Source of the DNA: Crocinitomicaceae bacterium
GTDB lineage: Bacteria > Bacteroidota > Bacteroidia > Flavobacteriales_D > Crocinitomicaceae
DNA length: 64,000 bases
Direction of reading: 5' to 3'
Assembly (NCBI GenBank): GCA_044233275.1
Contig: JBIIKG010000001.1
Location: 610 to 64,609, forward strand
The notes under the pieces were generated by a model. It was not told where the DNA came from, ran no database searches, and saw only the letters and a program-made list of their open reading frames with translations. Each line of letters starts with the position of its first letter. Positions within the stretch are counted from its first letter, which is position 1. Positions 55,338-64,000 of this stretch are shown piece after piece. The position numbers and the translations under genes are program-made.

Positions 55338-58300
55338 ATGCTTCAGAATCTATCACTATTCATCATTTCATTTCTTGTTTTTCCATTCGTTTCTTCCGCA
55401 AATGATAACTGGATGAGGTATTCAGCGATTTCTCCAGACGGACAAACAATAGCTTTTGCCTACCAAGGAGATATTTTCACCGTTAGTGCAAAAGGTGGTG
55501 AAGCAAAACAGTTGACTTCACATGTCGCACACGATTTCATGCCTGTTTGGTCGAATGATTCTAAAAACATTGCTTTTGCCAGTAATCGTTTTGGCAATTT
55601 TGATGTGTTTCTTGTTGCGAAAGAAGGCGGTACACCATTGCGTTTGACTTATCATTCTTCCAATGATTACCCGAATGCATTTAAAGCTTCGAATACTGAA
55701 ATAGTGTTTATTTCAGCGCGCTTGGATAAGGCATCCTCTGTACAATTCCCATACGGTGCTTTAGGTGAAGTTTATTCTATTCCAACTGCTGGCGGTCGCG
55801 AAAAAATGGAACACACCATTCCAGCTGAAAGTATCAACTTTAGCAAGGACGGGAATTTGATGATCTTTCAAGATATTAAAGGCTATGAGGACGAATGGAG
55901 AAAACACCAAGTTTCTTCTGTGGCAAGAGATATTATTTTGTACAATAATCAAAAAGGAACGTACACGCAATTAAGCGATTGGAATGGTGAAGACCGAAAT
56001 CCGGTGCTAATTGACGATAAATCTTATTATTTTTTATCGGAAAAATCAGGAAGTTTTAACATCTGGAAAGGAAGTTTAGATGGATCTGCTTATGGGCAGC
56101 AAATGACTGATTTTAAAACGCATCCCATCCGTTTCTTATCTATAGCAACAAATGGAACCTTGTGTTTTGGTTACCATGGCGACATTTATACGCTTGAAAA
56201 TGGAGTAAGCAAAAAGTTAGAAATTACCGTGTTTAAAGATAATTCCATCAATGACACTCAAATTTTACCAATCGGTGGAAATGCCTCAGAGTTTGCCGTT
56301 TCAGCTGATGGCAAAGAGCTTGTTTTTGTGCACCGTGGAAATGTGTTTGCAAGTTCTGTTGAATTTGGAACAACGAAACAAATAACATTTACTGCAGGAC
56401 AAGAGCGCAACGTATCTTTTAGCCCAGATGGTAAAAAGATTCTTTATGCGAGTGAGCGCAACAATTCATGGAATATTTATGAAATGAAACGTACGAATGA
56501 TACGGAGAAATTCTTCTATAATGCTACCTTATTGGCGGAAACGCCTTTAGTTGAAACAGATAAAGAAACATTTGATCCGAAATATTCACCAGATGGAGAA
56601 GAAGTTGCCTATTTGCAAAATCGCACAACGCTTTGTGTTTACAACCTGAAAACAAAACAAAGTCGCGAAGTATTGGCTGGATCTTATAATTATTCTTATT
56701 CTGATGGCGATCAGTATTATACTTGGTCGCCTGATTCAAAGCATTTATTGGTGCAGTTTTTTGAGTTCGAGCGCTGGAATACAGACATTGGAATTGTGAA
56801 TGCTTCTGGAAAAGAAAAACCAATCAACTTAACACAAAGCGGTTATGGAAGTTCATGGGCTAAGTTTGCAATGGATGGTGAAATGGTTTATTATTCAACG
56901 GATAAATATGGATTGCGATCACATGGTAGTTGGGGTGCACAAGTGGATGTTGAAGCCATTTTCTTAACCAAACAAGCGTATTACAAATTTACCTTGAGTG
57001 AGGAAGAATACAAAGCATGGAAGGAAGCAGAAGACGAGGCTAAAAAAGAAGCGGATAAAAAGAAAGAAGACGACAAATCAAAAGATAAGGACAAAGACAA
57101 GAAGGACGAAAAACCAGTTATCAAACCAATAACTATTGATCTTGATGGTTTACAAGACAGAAAAGTGCGTTTAACAATTCACTCTTCGAATTTGTCAGAT
57201 TACGTCCTTAACAACGAAGCGACTGAAATGTATTATCTATCGAATTTCGATAAGGGTTACGATTTATGGTCTAGCAAATTCAAAACAAGTGAAACAAAAA
57301 TTATTTCAAAATTGGGAATGGGTGGTTCTTCATTGTCACTTGATAAGGAAGAAAAATTCTTGTTTTTCAATAACAATGGTGGAATAACAAAGTTTGAAAT
57401 TGCGAATTCTACACCGAAACCAGTTGCGGTTAAAGGCGAAATGCAGCTAAACACTGCGGATGAAAGAGCGTATATGTTTGAACATGCTTGGAGACAAGTG
57501 CGTGAAAAATTCTATGTTGAAGATTTGCATGGTGTAGATTGGAACATGTACAAGAAAGAATATCAGCCAAAGTTAGCGACCATCAACAATGGTTATGATT
57601 TCAGTGAAATGTTATCGGAAATGTTAGGTGAATTGAATGCATCGCACACAGGTTCTGGTTACAGAGTAAGAAAATCTGATGGCGACGTAACAGGTGTTTT
57701 AGGTTGTTTTTACGATGAAAAATACACGGGTGACGGATTGAGAATCTTGGAAATAATGGATAAAAGTCCGCTATTGTTGCATTCAACGAAAATTAAAGCT
57801 GGTGTCATTATCGAGAAAGTAGATGGCGTAGCGATTTTAAAAAATCAGAACTATTACAGTTTTTTCAACAGAAAGACGGGTCAGAAAGTATTATTGTCCT
57901 TGTATGATCCAAAATCAAAAGAAAAGTGGGATGAAACAGTCGTGCCGATTTCATTTTGGGAAGAAAATCATTTAGCATACGAACGTTGGATTAAGCGTTG
58001 TGAACGAACAGTAGACAGTTTATCAAACGGTCGTTTGGGCTATGTGCACATTGAAGGAATGGATTCTGAAAGTTTTAGAAAACTTTTTGATAAAGCATTG
58101 GGTAAATACAACAAGAAAGAAGCTTTGATAGTCGATACGCGTTTTAACGGTGGCGGTTGGTTGCACGATGACTTGGCGACTTTCTTAAGTGGTAAAATGT
58201 ATATGCAATTTGAACCACGTGGACAAAAGAACATGGGTGGAGAACCCATCTGGAAATGGCAAAAACCGTCATGTGTATTGATGAGCGAAGGAAATTATTC

Positions 58301-58580
58301 GGATGCGCATCTATTCCCCTACACATACAAAGCTTTAGGTATTGGTCCCTTAATTGGAATGCCTGTACCAGGAACTGGTACGGCTGTTTGGTGGGAAACT
58401 ATGATTGACGGTTCGACTTATTTTGGAATTCCTCAGATTGGAATGAGAGGTGTTTCAGATAACTACCTAGTAGAAAATCACGAATTGCAGCCAGATATCA
58501 AGGTAAAAAATGACTATAAGCAATTTGAAACTGGGGTAGATCAACAATTGGTGCGCGCAGTGGAGGAAATGCTTAAGTAG
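55338..58580 (+). CDS. Tricorn-protease-like S41 peptidase (beta-propellers, PDZ, C-terminal S41 catalytic domain)
   Basis: 1080 aa with a signal peptide. Repeated SPDG..IAF and SPDGK..LY PD40/TolB-type propeller motifs. C-terminal LIVDTRFNGGG and SEGNYSDAH segments typical of S41/tricorn enzymes. Confidence 0.8.
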   Translation: MLQNLSLFIISFLVFPFVSSANDNWMRYSAISPDGQTIAFAYQGDIFTVSAKGGEAKQLTSHVAHDFMPVWSNDSKNIAFASNRFGNFDVFLVAKEGGTPLRLTYHSSNDYPNAFKASNTEIVFISARLDKASSVQFPYGALGEVYSIPTAGGREKMEHTIPAESINFSKDGNLMIFQDIKGYEDEWRKHQVSSVARDIILYNNQKGTYTQLSDWNGEDRNPVLIDDKSYYFLSEKSGSFNIWKGSLDGSAYGQQMTDFKTHPIRFLSIATNGTLCFGYHGDIYTLENGVSKKLEITVFKDNSINDTQILPIGGNASEFAVSADGKELVFVHRGNVFASSVEFGTTKQITFTAGQERNVSFSPDGKKILYASERNNSWNIYEMKRTNDTEKFFYNATLLAETPLVETDKETFDPKYSPDGEEVAYLQNRTTLCVYNLKTKQSREVLAGSYNYSYSDGDQYYTWSPDSKHLLVQFFEFERWNTDIGIVNASGKEKPINLTQSGYGSSWAKFAMDGEMVYYSTDKYGLRSHGSWGAQVDVEAIFLTKQAYYKFTLSEEEYKAWKEAEDEAKKEADKKKEDDKSKDKDKDKKDEKPVIKPITIDLDGLQDRKVRLTIHSSNLSDYVLNNEATEMYYLSNFDKGYDLWSSKFKTSETKIISKLGMGGSSLSLDKEEKFLFFNNNGGITKFEIANSTPKPVAVKGEMQLNTADERAYMFEHAWRQVREKFYVEDLHGVDWNMYKKEYQPKLATINNGYDFSEMLSEMLGELNASHTGSGYRVRKSDGDVTGVLGCFYDEKYTGDGLRILEIMDKSPLLLHSTKIKAGVIIEKVDGVAILKNQNYYSFFNRKTGQKVLLSLYDPKSKEKWDETVVPISFWEENHLAYERWIKRCERTVDSLSNGRLGYVHIEGMDSESFRKLFDKALGKYNKKEALIVDTRFNGGGWLHDDLATFLSGKMYMQFEPRGQKNMGGEPIWKWQKPSCVLMSEGNYSDAHLFPYTYKALGIGPLIGMPVPGTGTAVWWETMIDGSTYFGIPQIGMRGVSDNYLVENHELQPDIKVKNDYKQFETGVDQQLVRAVEEMLK

Positions 58581-58590
58581 GGACTGGGCA

Positions 58591-58657
58591 TTAGGAATTA
58601 GAGACTAGAGCTAGAGGTTAGGAATTAGAGCTAGAGGTTAGGAATTAGAGCTAGAAA
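58591..58657. repeat. CTAG-rich tandem repeat, about 3 copies of TTAGGAATTAGAGCTAGAGG
   Basis: Copies at 58591-58617 (with a 7-nt ACTAGAG insertion), 58618-58637 and 58638-58657. GAGACTAGAGCTAGA recurs at 58601 and 58661. An inverted partial copy (CTTCTAGCTCTAA) lies at about 58786-58798. Confidence 0.85.
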
Positions 58658-58825
58658 CTGGAGACTAGAGCTAGATATGAGATTATAGAGCCGAGAGCTG
58701 AGACTTATTTGTATTAAACCAATTTATTCTTAGGATAAAGAACTTAAGTGTTCAAAAGATCAAGTCTAACATCTTACTTCTAGCTCTAACTTCTATCAGT
58801 CCTCCGCAGCGGACGGTCTATATTC

Positions 58826-59116
58826 TTACTTGTCCAGGACTTTCGGAATTCTGAAATAATCTGAATCTTTCTTTGGAGCATTTTTTAAACCTTCGTCTTG
58901 TGTGATAGTTACAGCAGGGATGTCTTCACGAAGATTGTTGTATTCATTTGTCATGTAAATCAAAGGTTCCACATTATCCGTGTTGACTTCGCTCAATTTT
59001 TCCATGAACGAAATAATTTTTTCCAAGTCAGCTGTGATGGCAACTTTTTGTTCCCCTTCAAACTCTAAGCGAGAAAGGTGTGCAATATGGTCAACAATTT
59101 CTTCCGTAATTTTCAT
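58826..59116 (-). CDS. gatC: Asp-tRNA(Asn)/Glu-tRNA(Gln) amidotransferase subunit C
   Basis: 96 aa. MKITEEIVDHIAHLSRLEF...VNTDNVEPL is a typical GatC sequence. Confidence 0.9.
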   Translation of the reverse strand: MKITEEIVDHIAHLSRLEFEGEQKVAITADLEKIISFMEKLSEVNTDNVEPLIYMTNEYNNLREDIPAVTITQDEGLKNAPKKDSDYFRIPKVLDK

Positions 59117-59137
59117 GTGACAAAAATAAGTAGAATT

Positions 59138-59923
59138 TTAGTTGCTTTCTTCTTGATGTGATGAATTCTTTAAATGCGGATATTCAGCAAGAATTGGCTC
59201 ATTGATAATTTGAAAACATGTATGACTCAATTCTTTAATTTCCATTCCCTCAACTTCTTCGCGACTCAAAAAGGGATGAATGTATAAATGTGAAACGCCG
59301 GGTCGAGCTGTGCCTTTAAAGTCTAAGGGGTCACAAAAGAGTTCAAAATTATTGGTAAAACTCATCGGTACAATTGGAATGTTAAGTGATTTAGCAAGGT
59401 GGAAGGCTCCTTGTTTGAAACGAATCATTTTTGGATTATCATCATCTGGAATCCCACCTTCTGGAAAAATAACAATCGACCAACCTTCGGCAACAGCCTT
59501 TTTTGCCATGACCAGTGACATGGCTGATTTTCGTCGATCTTTACGGTCAACCGGAATGTTTAATCCTTTGAAATAAGTTGAAATGATGGGATAACTAAGA
59601 ATTTCACTTTTGCCTAAGAAGAGAAAGGGATGCTTTGGCATAACAGAATACATGAAGAAAATATCGAGGTAAGAAGTGTGGTTTGAAACGATAACGTAGG
59701 GTCCTTCAGGCAAGGGAGCATTGCTGATTTTTCGCACGACATAGAAGCAGAAAACACGCATCATCCAGCTCCAGAAAATGAATAGTTTGAAACTTTTTTT
59801 CTTCCATTTTTTCTTCGAAAGGACGACAAGAAAAAAAGGATAAAGCAGGATGGCAAAAATAGAAAACACGATTGCTACGTATATTTTCCACAAAAATGAT
59901 CCGATAGCTATTCCAACTCGCAT
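59138..59923 (-). CDS. plsC: 1-acyl-sn-glycerol-3-phosphate acyltransferase family protein
   Basis: 261 aa with an N-terminal membrane helix. NHTSYLDI (HxxxxD) and IFPEGG acyltransferase motifs. Confidence 0.8.
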   Translation of the reverse strand: MRVGIAIGSFLWKIYVAIVFSIFAILLYPFFLVVLSKKKWKKKSFKLFIFWSWMMRVFCFYVVRKISNAPLPEGPYVIVSNHTSYLDIFFMYSVMPKHPFLFLGKSEILSYPIISTYFKGLNIPVDRKDRRKSAMSLVMAKKAVAEGWSIVIFPEGGIPDDDNPKMIRFKQGAFHLAKSLNIPIVPMSFTNNFELFCDPLDFKGTARPGVSHLYIHPFLSREEVEGMEIKELSHTCFQIINEPILAEYPHLKNSSHQEESN

Positions 59924-60017
59924 GCACCAAAGTTACAAAAATCGTTAAGTCTGTGGTGGGTTACACCTACTTTTCGTTCTAAAATAACTAAATTCGCCCT
60001 TTACGATAAATGAACTG

Positions 60018-60986
60018 ATGGCACGAATACTAACAGGCGTACAAAGTACAGGAACACCTCATTTAGGAAATTTATTAGGAGCAATCATTCCAGCTGTAGA
60101 CATGGCGAATGATCCCTCTAACGAATCCTTTTTGTTCATAGCAGACATGCATTCTTTAACTCAGATTAAAGATGGTGCTGTCTTAAGAGAAAACACCTAT
60201 TCAACTGCTGCAACTTGGCTGGCTTTTGGTTTGGATCCCGAAAAAACGGTGTTTTACCGTCAAAGCGATGTCACAGAAGTAACTGAATTAATGTGGTATT
60301 TACTGTGTTTTTATCCATATCAACGCTTGACTTTGGCGCATAGTTTTAAAGATAAAGCAGATCGTTTGGAAGATGTGAATGGTGGATTATTTTCTTATCC
60401 GATTTTAATGGCGGCAGATATCTTGTTATATGATGCCGAATTTGTTCCTGTTGGAAAGGACCAAGAACAGCACATTGAAATGACAAGAGATGTGGCAAGT
60501 CGCTTTCATGCGGTGAATGGTGAAACATTCGTCCTTCCAGAAGCAAAAATTAACGAAGACACAAAATTGATCCCAGGCACTGACGGTGAAAAGATGAGTA
60601 AATCGCGCAATAATTTTATCGATATTTTCTTACCTGAGAAGCAATTGAGAAAGCAAGTGATGGCGATTGTTTCAGATAGCAAGGAGTTGGAAGACGTCAA
60701 AGATCCAGACACTTGCAACATTTTTGCAATCTATAAATTATTAGCAAATCCCGCAGAAATAGAGGAGATGCGTAAAAGTTATTTGGCAGGTGGTTATGGT
60801 TATGGTCATGCAAAACAAGCCTTGTTTGAATTAATATTAACCAAATTTGAAAATCAGCGTGCACGCTACAATTATTTAATGGAGAATAAATCTGAAATCG
60901 ATCAGGCACTTTCGAAAGGATCGACTAAGGCGCGTAAAGTCGCAGTCGAAGTACTTGCAAGGGTTCGTAAAAAAGTCGGGTATTAA
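60018..60986 (+). CDS. trpS: Tryptophan--tRNA ligase
   Basis: 322 aa. TGTPHLGNLLG (HIGH-type motif), GKDQEQH and KMSKS. Confidence 0.95.
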   Translation: MARILTGVQSTGTPHLGNLLGAIIPAVDMANDPSNESFLFIADMHSLTQIKDGAVLRENTYSTAATWLAFGLDPEKTVFYRQSDVTEVTELMWYLLCFYPYQRLTLAHSFKDKADRLEDVNGGLFSYPILMAADILLYDAEFVPVGKDQEQHIEMTRDVASRFHAVNGETFVLPEAKINEDTKLIPGTDGEKMSKSRNNFIDIFLPEKQLRKQVMAIVSDSKELEDVKDPDTCNIFAIYKLLANPAEIEEMRKSYLAGGYGYGHAKQALFELILTKFENQRARYNYLMENKSEIDQALSKGSTKARKVAVEVLARVRKKVGY

Positions 60987-61033
60987 CTATTACAAACATT
61001 TTGATATATTTACGTAACTAAAATTATAAAACC

Positions 61034-62746
61034 ATGTCTTACCGCTTATTTCCCCTTGTTTTATTTTCCTTGTTAATCCTTTCGTCATGTGCCGGTGGAG
61101 AGGAAGCTATTCAAAAAGAAGCTATTGGTGGGAAGATGTATGGTGGTGAATTTAAATTCATGTCAACTGAAAAAGTAAGTAGTCTTTTCCCAGTTTCAAG
61201 AGTGGATATTTATTCTCAACGATTGAATTCTCAAATATTTGAGACACTTTTGAAGATTGATTTAACGACAATGGATGTCGTTCCTGCACTAGCTGAGTCT
61301 TATACAGTCAGTGATGATGCCAAAAAATTCACATTTAAGATTCGTAAAGGCGTTAAATTTCATGAGGATGATTGTTTTTCTGATGGAACAAGAGAGGTAA
61401 ATGCTAAGGATGTAAAATATACCTTGGAAATGGCTTGTTCTGGTTTAAAAATGAACCAAATGAGCTATTTATTAGTGAATAGAATTGTCGGAGCGAGCGA
61501 CTTTTACAATAAATCAAAAAAATCTATTCCTAAGACAGGTGTTTCAGGAATTACAGTTATTAATGACAATACACTTGAGATTAATTTAGTAGAGTCTTTC
61601 ATTGGATTTGACAAGGTTATGACGCACACAAACTTGGGTATTTTTCCGAAGGAAGCATATGAAAAATATGGTAAAGAAATTTCAAATCATCCCGTTGGTA
61701 CAGGCCCGTTCATGTTAGAAACTTTTGATGACAATGGTGTGACCTTGAAAAGAAATCCGAATTATTGGCGAAAGGATGAATTAGGTAATCAGTTGCCTTT
61801 CTTGAGCAAAGTTATCATGACGTATGTAAAGGACAAGAAGAGTGAATTATTGGCATTTAGAAAAAAAGAGGTAGATATAGTGTTGGAAATTCCTGTTGAT
61901 GAAATTGAAAATGTATTTGGGACCTTAAAAGAAGCGCAAGCTGGAAAAAATATTACGCATAAAATTGAATCGGAATCAAGTATGAGTGTCAATTATATTG
62001 CTTTTGCCTGTGAAAGTGCTGAGTTCAAAGATTTCAGAGTTAGGAAGGCCTTCAATATTGCGATCAATCGAAATGAAATTGTTGACAAGTGGCTGTTAGG
62101 TGAAGGTTGGCCTTCTGAACATGGATTTGTTCCATCAATGGAAAACTTTCCAGCTGAGAAGGTGAAAGGACACGTTTATAATGAAGCTGCTGCAAAGGAT
62201 TTGTTTGCTCAAGCTGGTTTTGCAAATGGAAAAGGTTTTCCTGCACTTGATTTCTATATTAATGCTTTAGAAGGTTCCTCAGCATACACAATGGCTTTAA
62301 GCATTGTCGATCAGGTAAAGAAAGTTTTAAATGTTGATTTGAAGATAAAGTTGTGTACAATTGAGGAGCGAAATGAGGCAATAGCAAATGGTACTGCTAA
62401 AATTTGGCGTTCAGGATGGGTTGCTGATTATCCAGATGCTGAGAGTTTCTTGAGTATTTTCTACAGCGGTAATATTTCAGATAACAATGGAGCCGTTAAC
62501 ACTTTCCGATTTAATAGCCCAGAATACGATGCGTTATTCGAACAAGCGTTAAGAGAATTGAACACAGAAAAACGAAATGAGCTATTGGTAAAATGTGACC
62601 AAATGATTGTTGATCAAGCTCCGGTTATGCCCGTTTTGACAGATGATTTTATTATCATGGTGAATGCGCGTGTGAGAGACTTTAAAACTAATTCGATGGA
62701 AAATCTCGATTTCTCTGAAATTTATATCAAGGAACTCAAGAACTAA
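61034..62746 (+). CDS. ABC transporter substrate-binding lipoprotein, family 5 (peptide/nickel type)
   Basis: 570 aa with lipobox ILSSCAG. The size and segments (YTFKIRKGVKFHED, NPNYWRKD) are typical of SBP_bac_5. No permease or ATPase gene is adjacent. Confidence 0.75.
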   Translation: MSYRLFPLVLFSLLILSSCAGGEEAIQKEAIGGKMYGGEFKFMSTEKVSSLFPVSRVDIYSQRLNSQIFETLLKIDLTTMDVVPALAESYTVSDDAKKFTFKIRKGVKFHEDDCFSDGTREVNAKDVKYTLEMACSGLKMNQMSYLLVNRIVGASDFYNKSKKSIPKTGVSGITVINDNTLEINLVESFIGFDKVMTHTNLGIFPKEAYEKYGKEISNHPVGTGPFMLETFDDNGVTLKRNPNYWRKDELGNQLPFLSKVIMTYVKDKKSELLAFRKKEVDIVLEIPVDEIENVFGTLKEAQAGKNITHKIESESSMSVNYIAFACESAEFKDFRVRKAFNIAINRNEIVDKWLLGEGWPSEHGFVPSMENFPAEKVKGHVYNEAAAKDLFAQAGFANGKGFPALDFYINALEGSSAYTMALSIVDQVKKVLNVDLKIKLCTIEERNEAIANGTAKIWRSGWVADYPDAESFLSIFYSGNISDNNGAVNTFRFNSPEYDALFEQALRELNTEKRNELLVKCDQMIVDQAPVMPVLTDDFIIMVNARVRDFKTNSMENLDFSEIYIKELKN

Positions 62747-62900
62747 CCGCTAAAGATTCTGGATTTGGGATTCGTGGTGAGAATAATTTACCACTGAGTA
62801 TCTGAGGGCACGGAGTTGTTTATTAACACATAGGTCAGATAGATAGTGCTATAAACGCTCGTTTCGAACAATGAACTTTGTAGTAATAATTAGCTATAAA

Positions 62901-62947
62901 TTCATAATTCATAATTCATAATTCATAATTCATAATTCATAATTCAT
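62901..62947. repeat. Heptanucleotide microsatellite (TTCATAA) x 6 plus a partial copy
   Basis: Counted base by base: six perfect copies at 62901-62942, then TTCAT. It ends 2 nt before the recO stop codon (TGA, complement of 62950-62952). Confidence 0.95.
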
Positions 62948-62949
62948 TC

Positions 62950-63642
62950 TCAATACAACACTTCTCTCAATATATCAAGCGATGAACTAGTGTCAAATTT
63001 TGGAATATGTAAAGCATAATAGTTGAGCAAGACTTCAAATGCTTCTTTTTTTAGTTGGGTATGCGATAGTTCACTTCTTCTACCCTCAAATACTTTGATG
63101 AGGTAATCAACGACTTCACCTTCAACGATAATTTCACCTATGGGTTTATACCCTGTAAATTCACCCTCATTTAAAATAAAGAATTTACCACCTTCTTCTG
63201 GAATGTTTGGAAACATACCTAAGTGATAGGAAAAGTCGCTCAGAAAGAAGATAGGATACAAAGCAAGCTCTTCTGTGGTATCAAGTTCAATGATTTTTTC
63301 TTTTAAAAATTGATACAAGGCTTCGTCATCTTGTTCTGTCTTTAAACATTGTCGCACTACATCCGCAATAAAAAAGGCTATGGCAGATCGGACTGGATGA
63401 AAAGGGATGTGTTGAATTGATTCACTAGCTGAAACGCCTGTTAATTTTCCTAGTTCACTATCTGGCCTGCGGTAATAGGTTAGTTCAAGTAAACTCAGCG
63501 GATAAATGGCTGTTCCTTTCTTTTTTCCTCCTTGAAAAATGAATTTTTGAATGCCATTTTGTTGCGTGTAAAAACTCAAAATCAAACTGGATTCTGAATA
63601 CGTAAGTTTGTGAATTAAAATACCGTGATCAATCTGTTTCAA
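62950..63642 (-). CDS. recO: DNA repair protein RecO
   Basis: 230 aa. The N-terminal OB-fold region GILIHKLTYSESSLILSFYTQQNGIQKFIFQGGKK matches Bacteroidota RecO. Confidence 0.85.
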   Translation of the reverse strand: MKQIDHGILIHKLTYSESSLILSFYTQQNGIQKFIFQGGKKKGTAIYPLSLLELTYYRRPDSELGKLTGVSASESIQHIPFHPVRSAIAFFIADVVRQCLKTEQDDEALYQFLKEKIIELDTTEELALYPIFFLSDFSYHLGMFPNIPEEGGKFFILNEGEFTGYKPIGEIIVEGEVVDYLIKVFEGRRSELSHTQLKKEAFEVLLNYYALHIPKFDTSSSLDILREVLY

Positions 63643-63648
63643 AGTGGA

Positions 63649-64000
63649 TTAATTAACAACCAAAACCTTACCCACTTTTCTTCCTTTACCTTCCTTTGCT
63701 GCAGTCCAAATAAGATAAACCCCTGTTACAACAGGTTCGCCCGTAATTGTTTTGCCATTCCAAGTAGCTGTTCCACCATTAGAAGTTGTTTGATAAACTA
63801 AGTTTCCAGCAACATCAGTGATTTTAATATCAGAATCGTAGCGAATTCCTTGGATGGTGATTGGACCTTCAAATTCTGGTCGAGCTGGATTAGGAAATAC
63901 AGTAACGTTTGAATACTCAGGATCTTCGTAAGTTGCATCCGTGCGGTATGAAATCAGTCCTTGGTCAGTAATAATGAATAGCTCACCAGTATTGTTATCC
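63649..64000 (-). CDS. C-terminal part of a T9SS protein (CTD-bearing; possibly a PorZ-like propeller protein), truncated by the window edge
   Basis: Hand translation of the minus strand: ...VFPNPARPEFEGPITIQGIRYDSDIKITDVAGNLVYQTTSNGGTATWNGKTITGEPVVTGVYLIWTAAKEGKGRKVGKVLVVN* (stop at 63649-63651). Not in the ORF track because the window contains no start codon. Confidence 0.6.
   Translation of the reverse strand, partial: DNNTGELFIITDQGLISYRTDATYEDPEYSNVTVFPNPARPEFEGPITIQGIRYDSDIKITDVAGNLVYQTTSNGGTATWNGKTITGEPVVTGVYLIWTAAKEGKGRKVGKVLVVN

Noticed and set aside
1-64000. Search for mobile elements, integrases, toxin-antitoxin pairs, restriction or other defence genes, and tRNA/rRNA
   Set aside because: No ORF showed transposase, integrase, nuclease-methylase, TA or Cas-like motifs. 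No intergenic segment had tRNA cloverleaf features. The repeat-rich left half is explained by adhesin genes.

Overview
AT-rich chromosomal segment from a Bacteroidota organism, probably a Flavobacteriales-type bacterium with a type IX secretion system (T9SS). Support: many T9SS C-terminal sorting domains (CTDs), SprB repeats, TAnnTTTG -7 boxes and a nrdB-nrdA gene order. The left half (1.4-30.4 kb) looks accessory. It holds four large T9SS cargo genes (1798, 471, about 2203 and 3428 aa). These are interrupted by a tight four-gene cassette: FadL-like porin, degenerate SGNH-like lipoprotein, T9SS-secreted esterase and TspO. The right half (30.4-64 kb) is compact housekeeping: bacilliredoxin, FAD oxidoreductase, comF, nrdBA, DUF3109, rimP-nusA-infB, tatA (too short for the ORF track), gatA, LysM transglycosylase, GT2/GT9 glycosyltransferases, M1 and M42 peptidases, radA, MFS transporter, tricorn-like protease, gatC, plsC, trpS, a family-5 solute-binding protein, recO and a partial T9SS protein at the right edge. 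I saw no rRNA, tRNA, CRISPR, transposase, integrase, phage or recognisable defence genes. I also found no convincing wholly new multi-gene system. Observations worth a second look: (1) a near-identical T9SS sorting-signal cassette shared by two adjacent adhesin genes; (2) a mosaic 7 x 216 bp in-frame tandem array; (3) the FadL / pseudo-SGNH / esterase / TspO cassette; (4) a giant SprB-repeat protein with a type-B CTD but no adjacent PorP/SprF gene; (5) CTAG-rich tandem and inverted repeats and a structured GC-rich island in 3' intergenic regions; (6) a terminator-like hairpin in the rimP-nusA-infB leader; (7) a heptanucleotide microsatellite abutting the recO stop codon. All family assignments are by eye from motifs; no searches were run.
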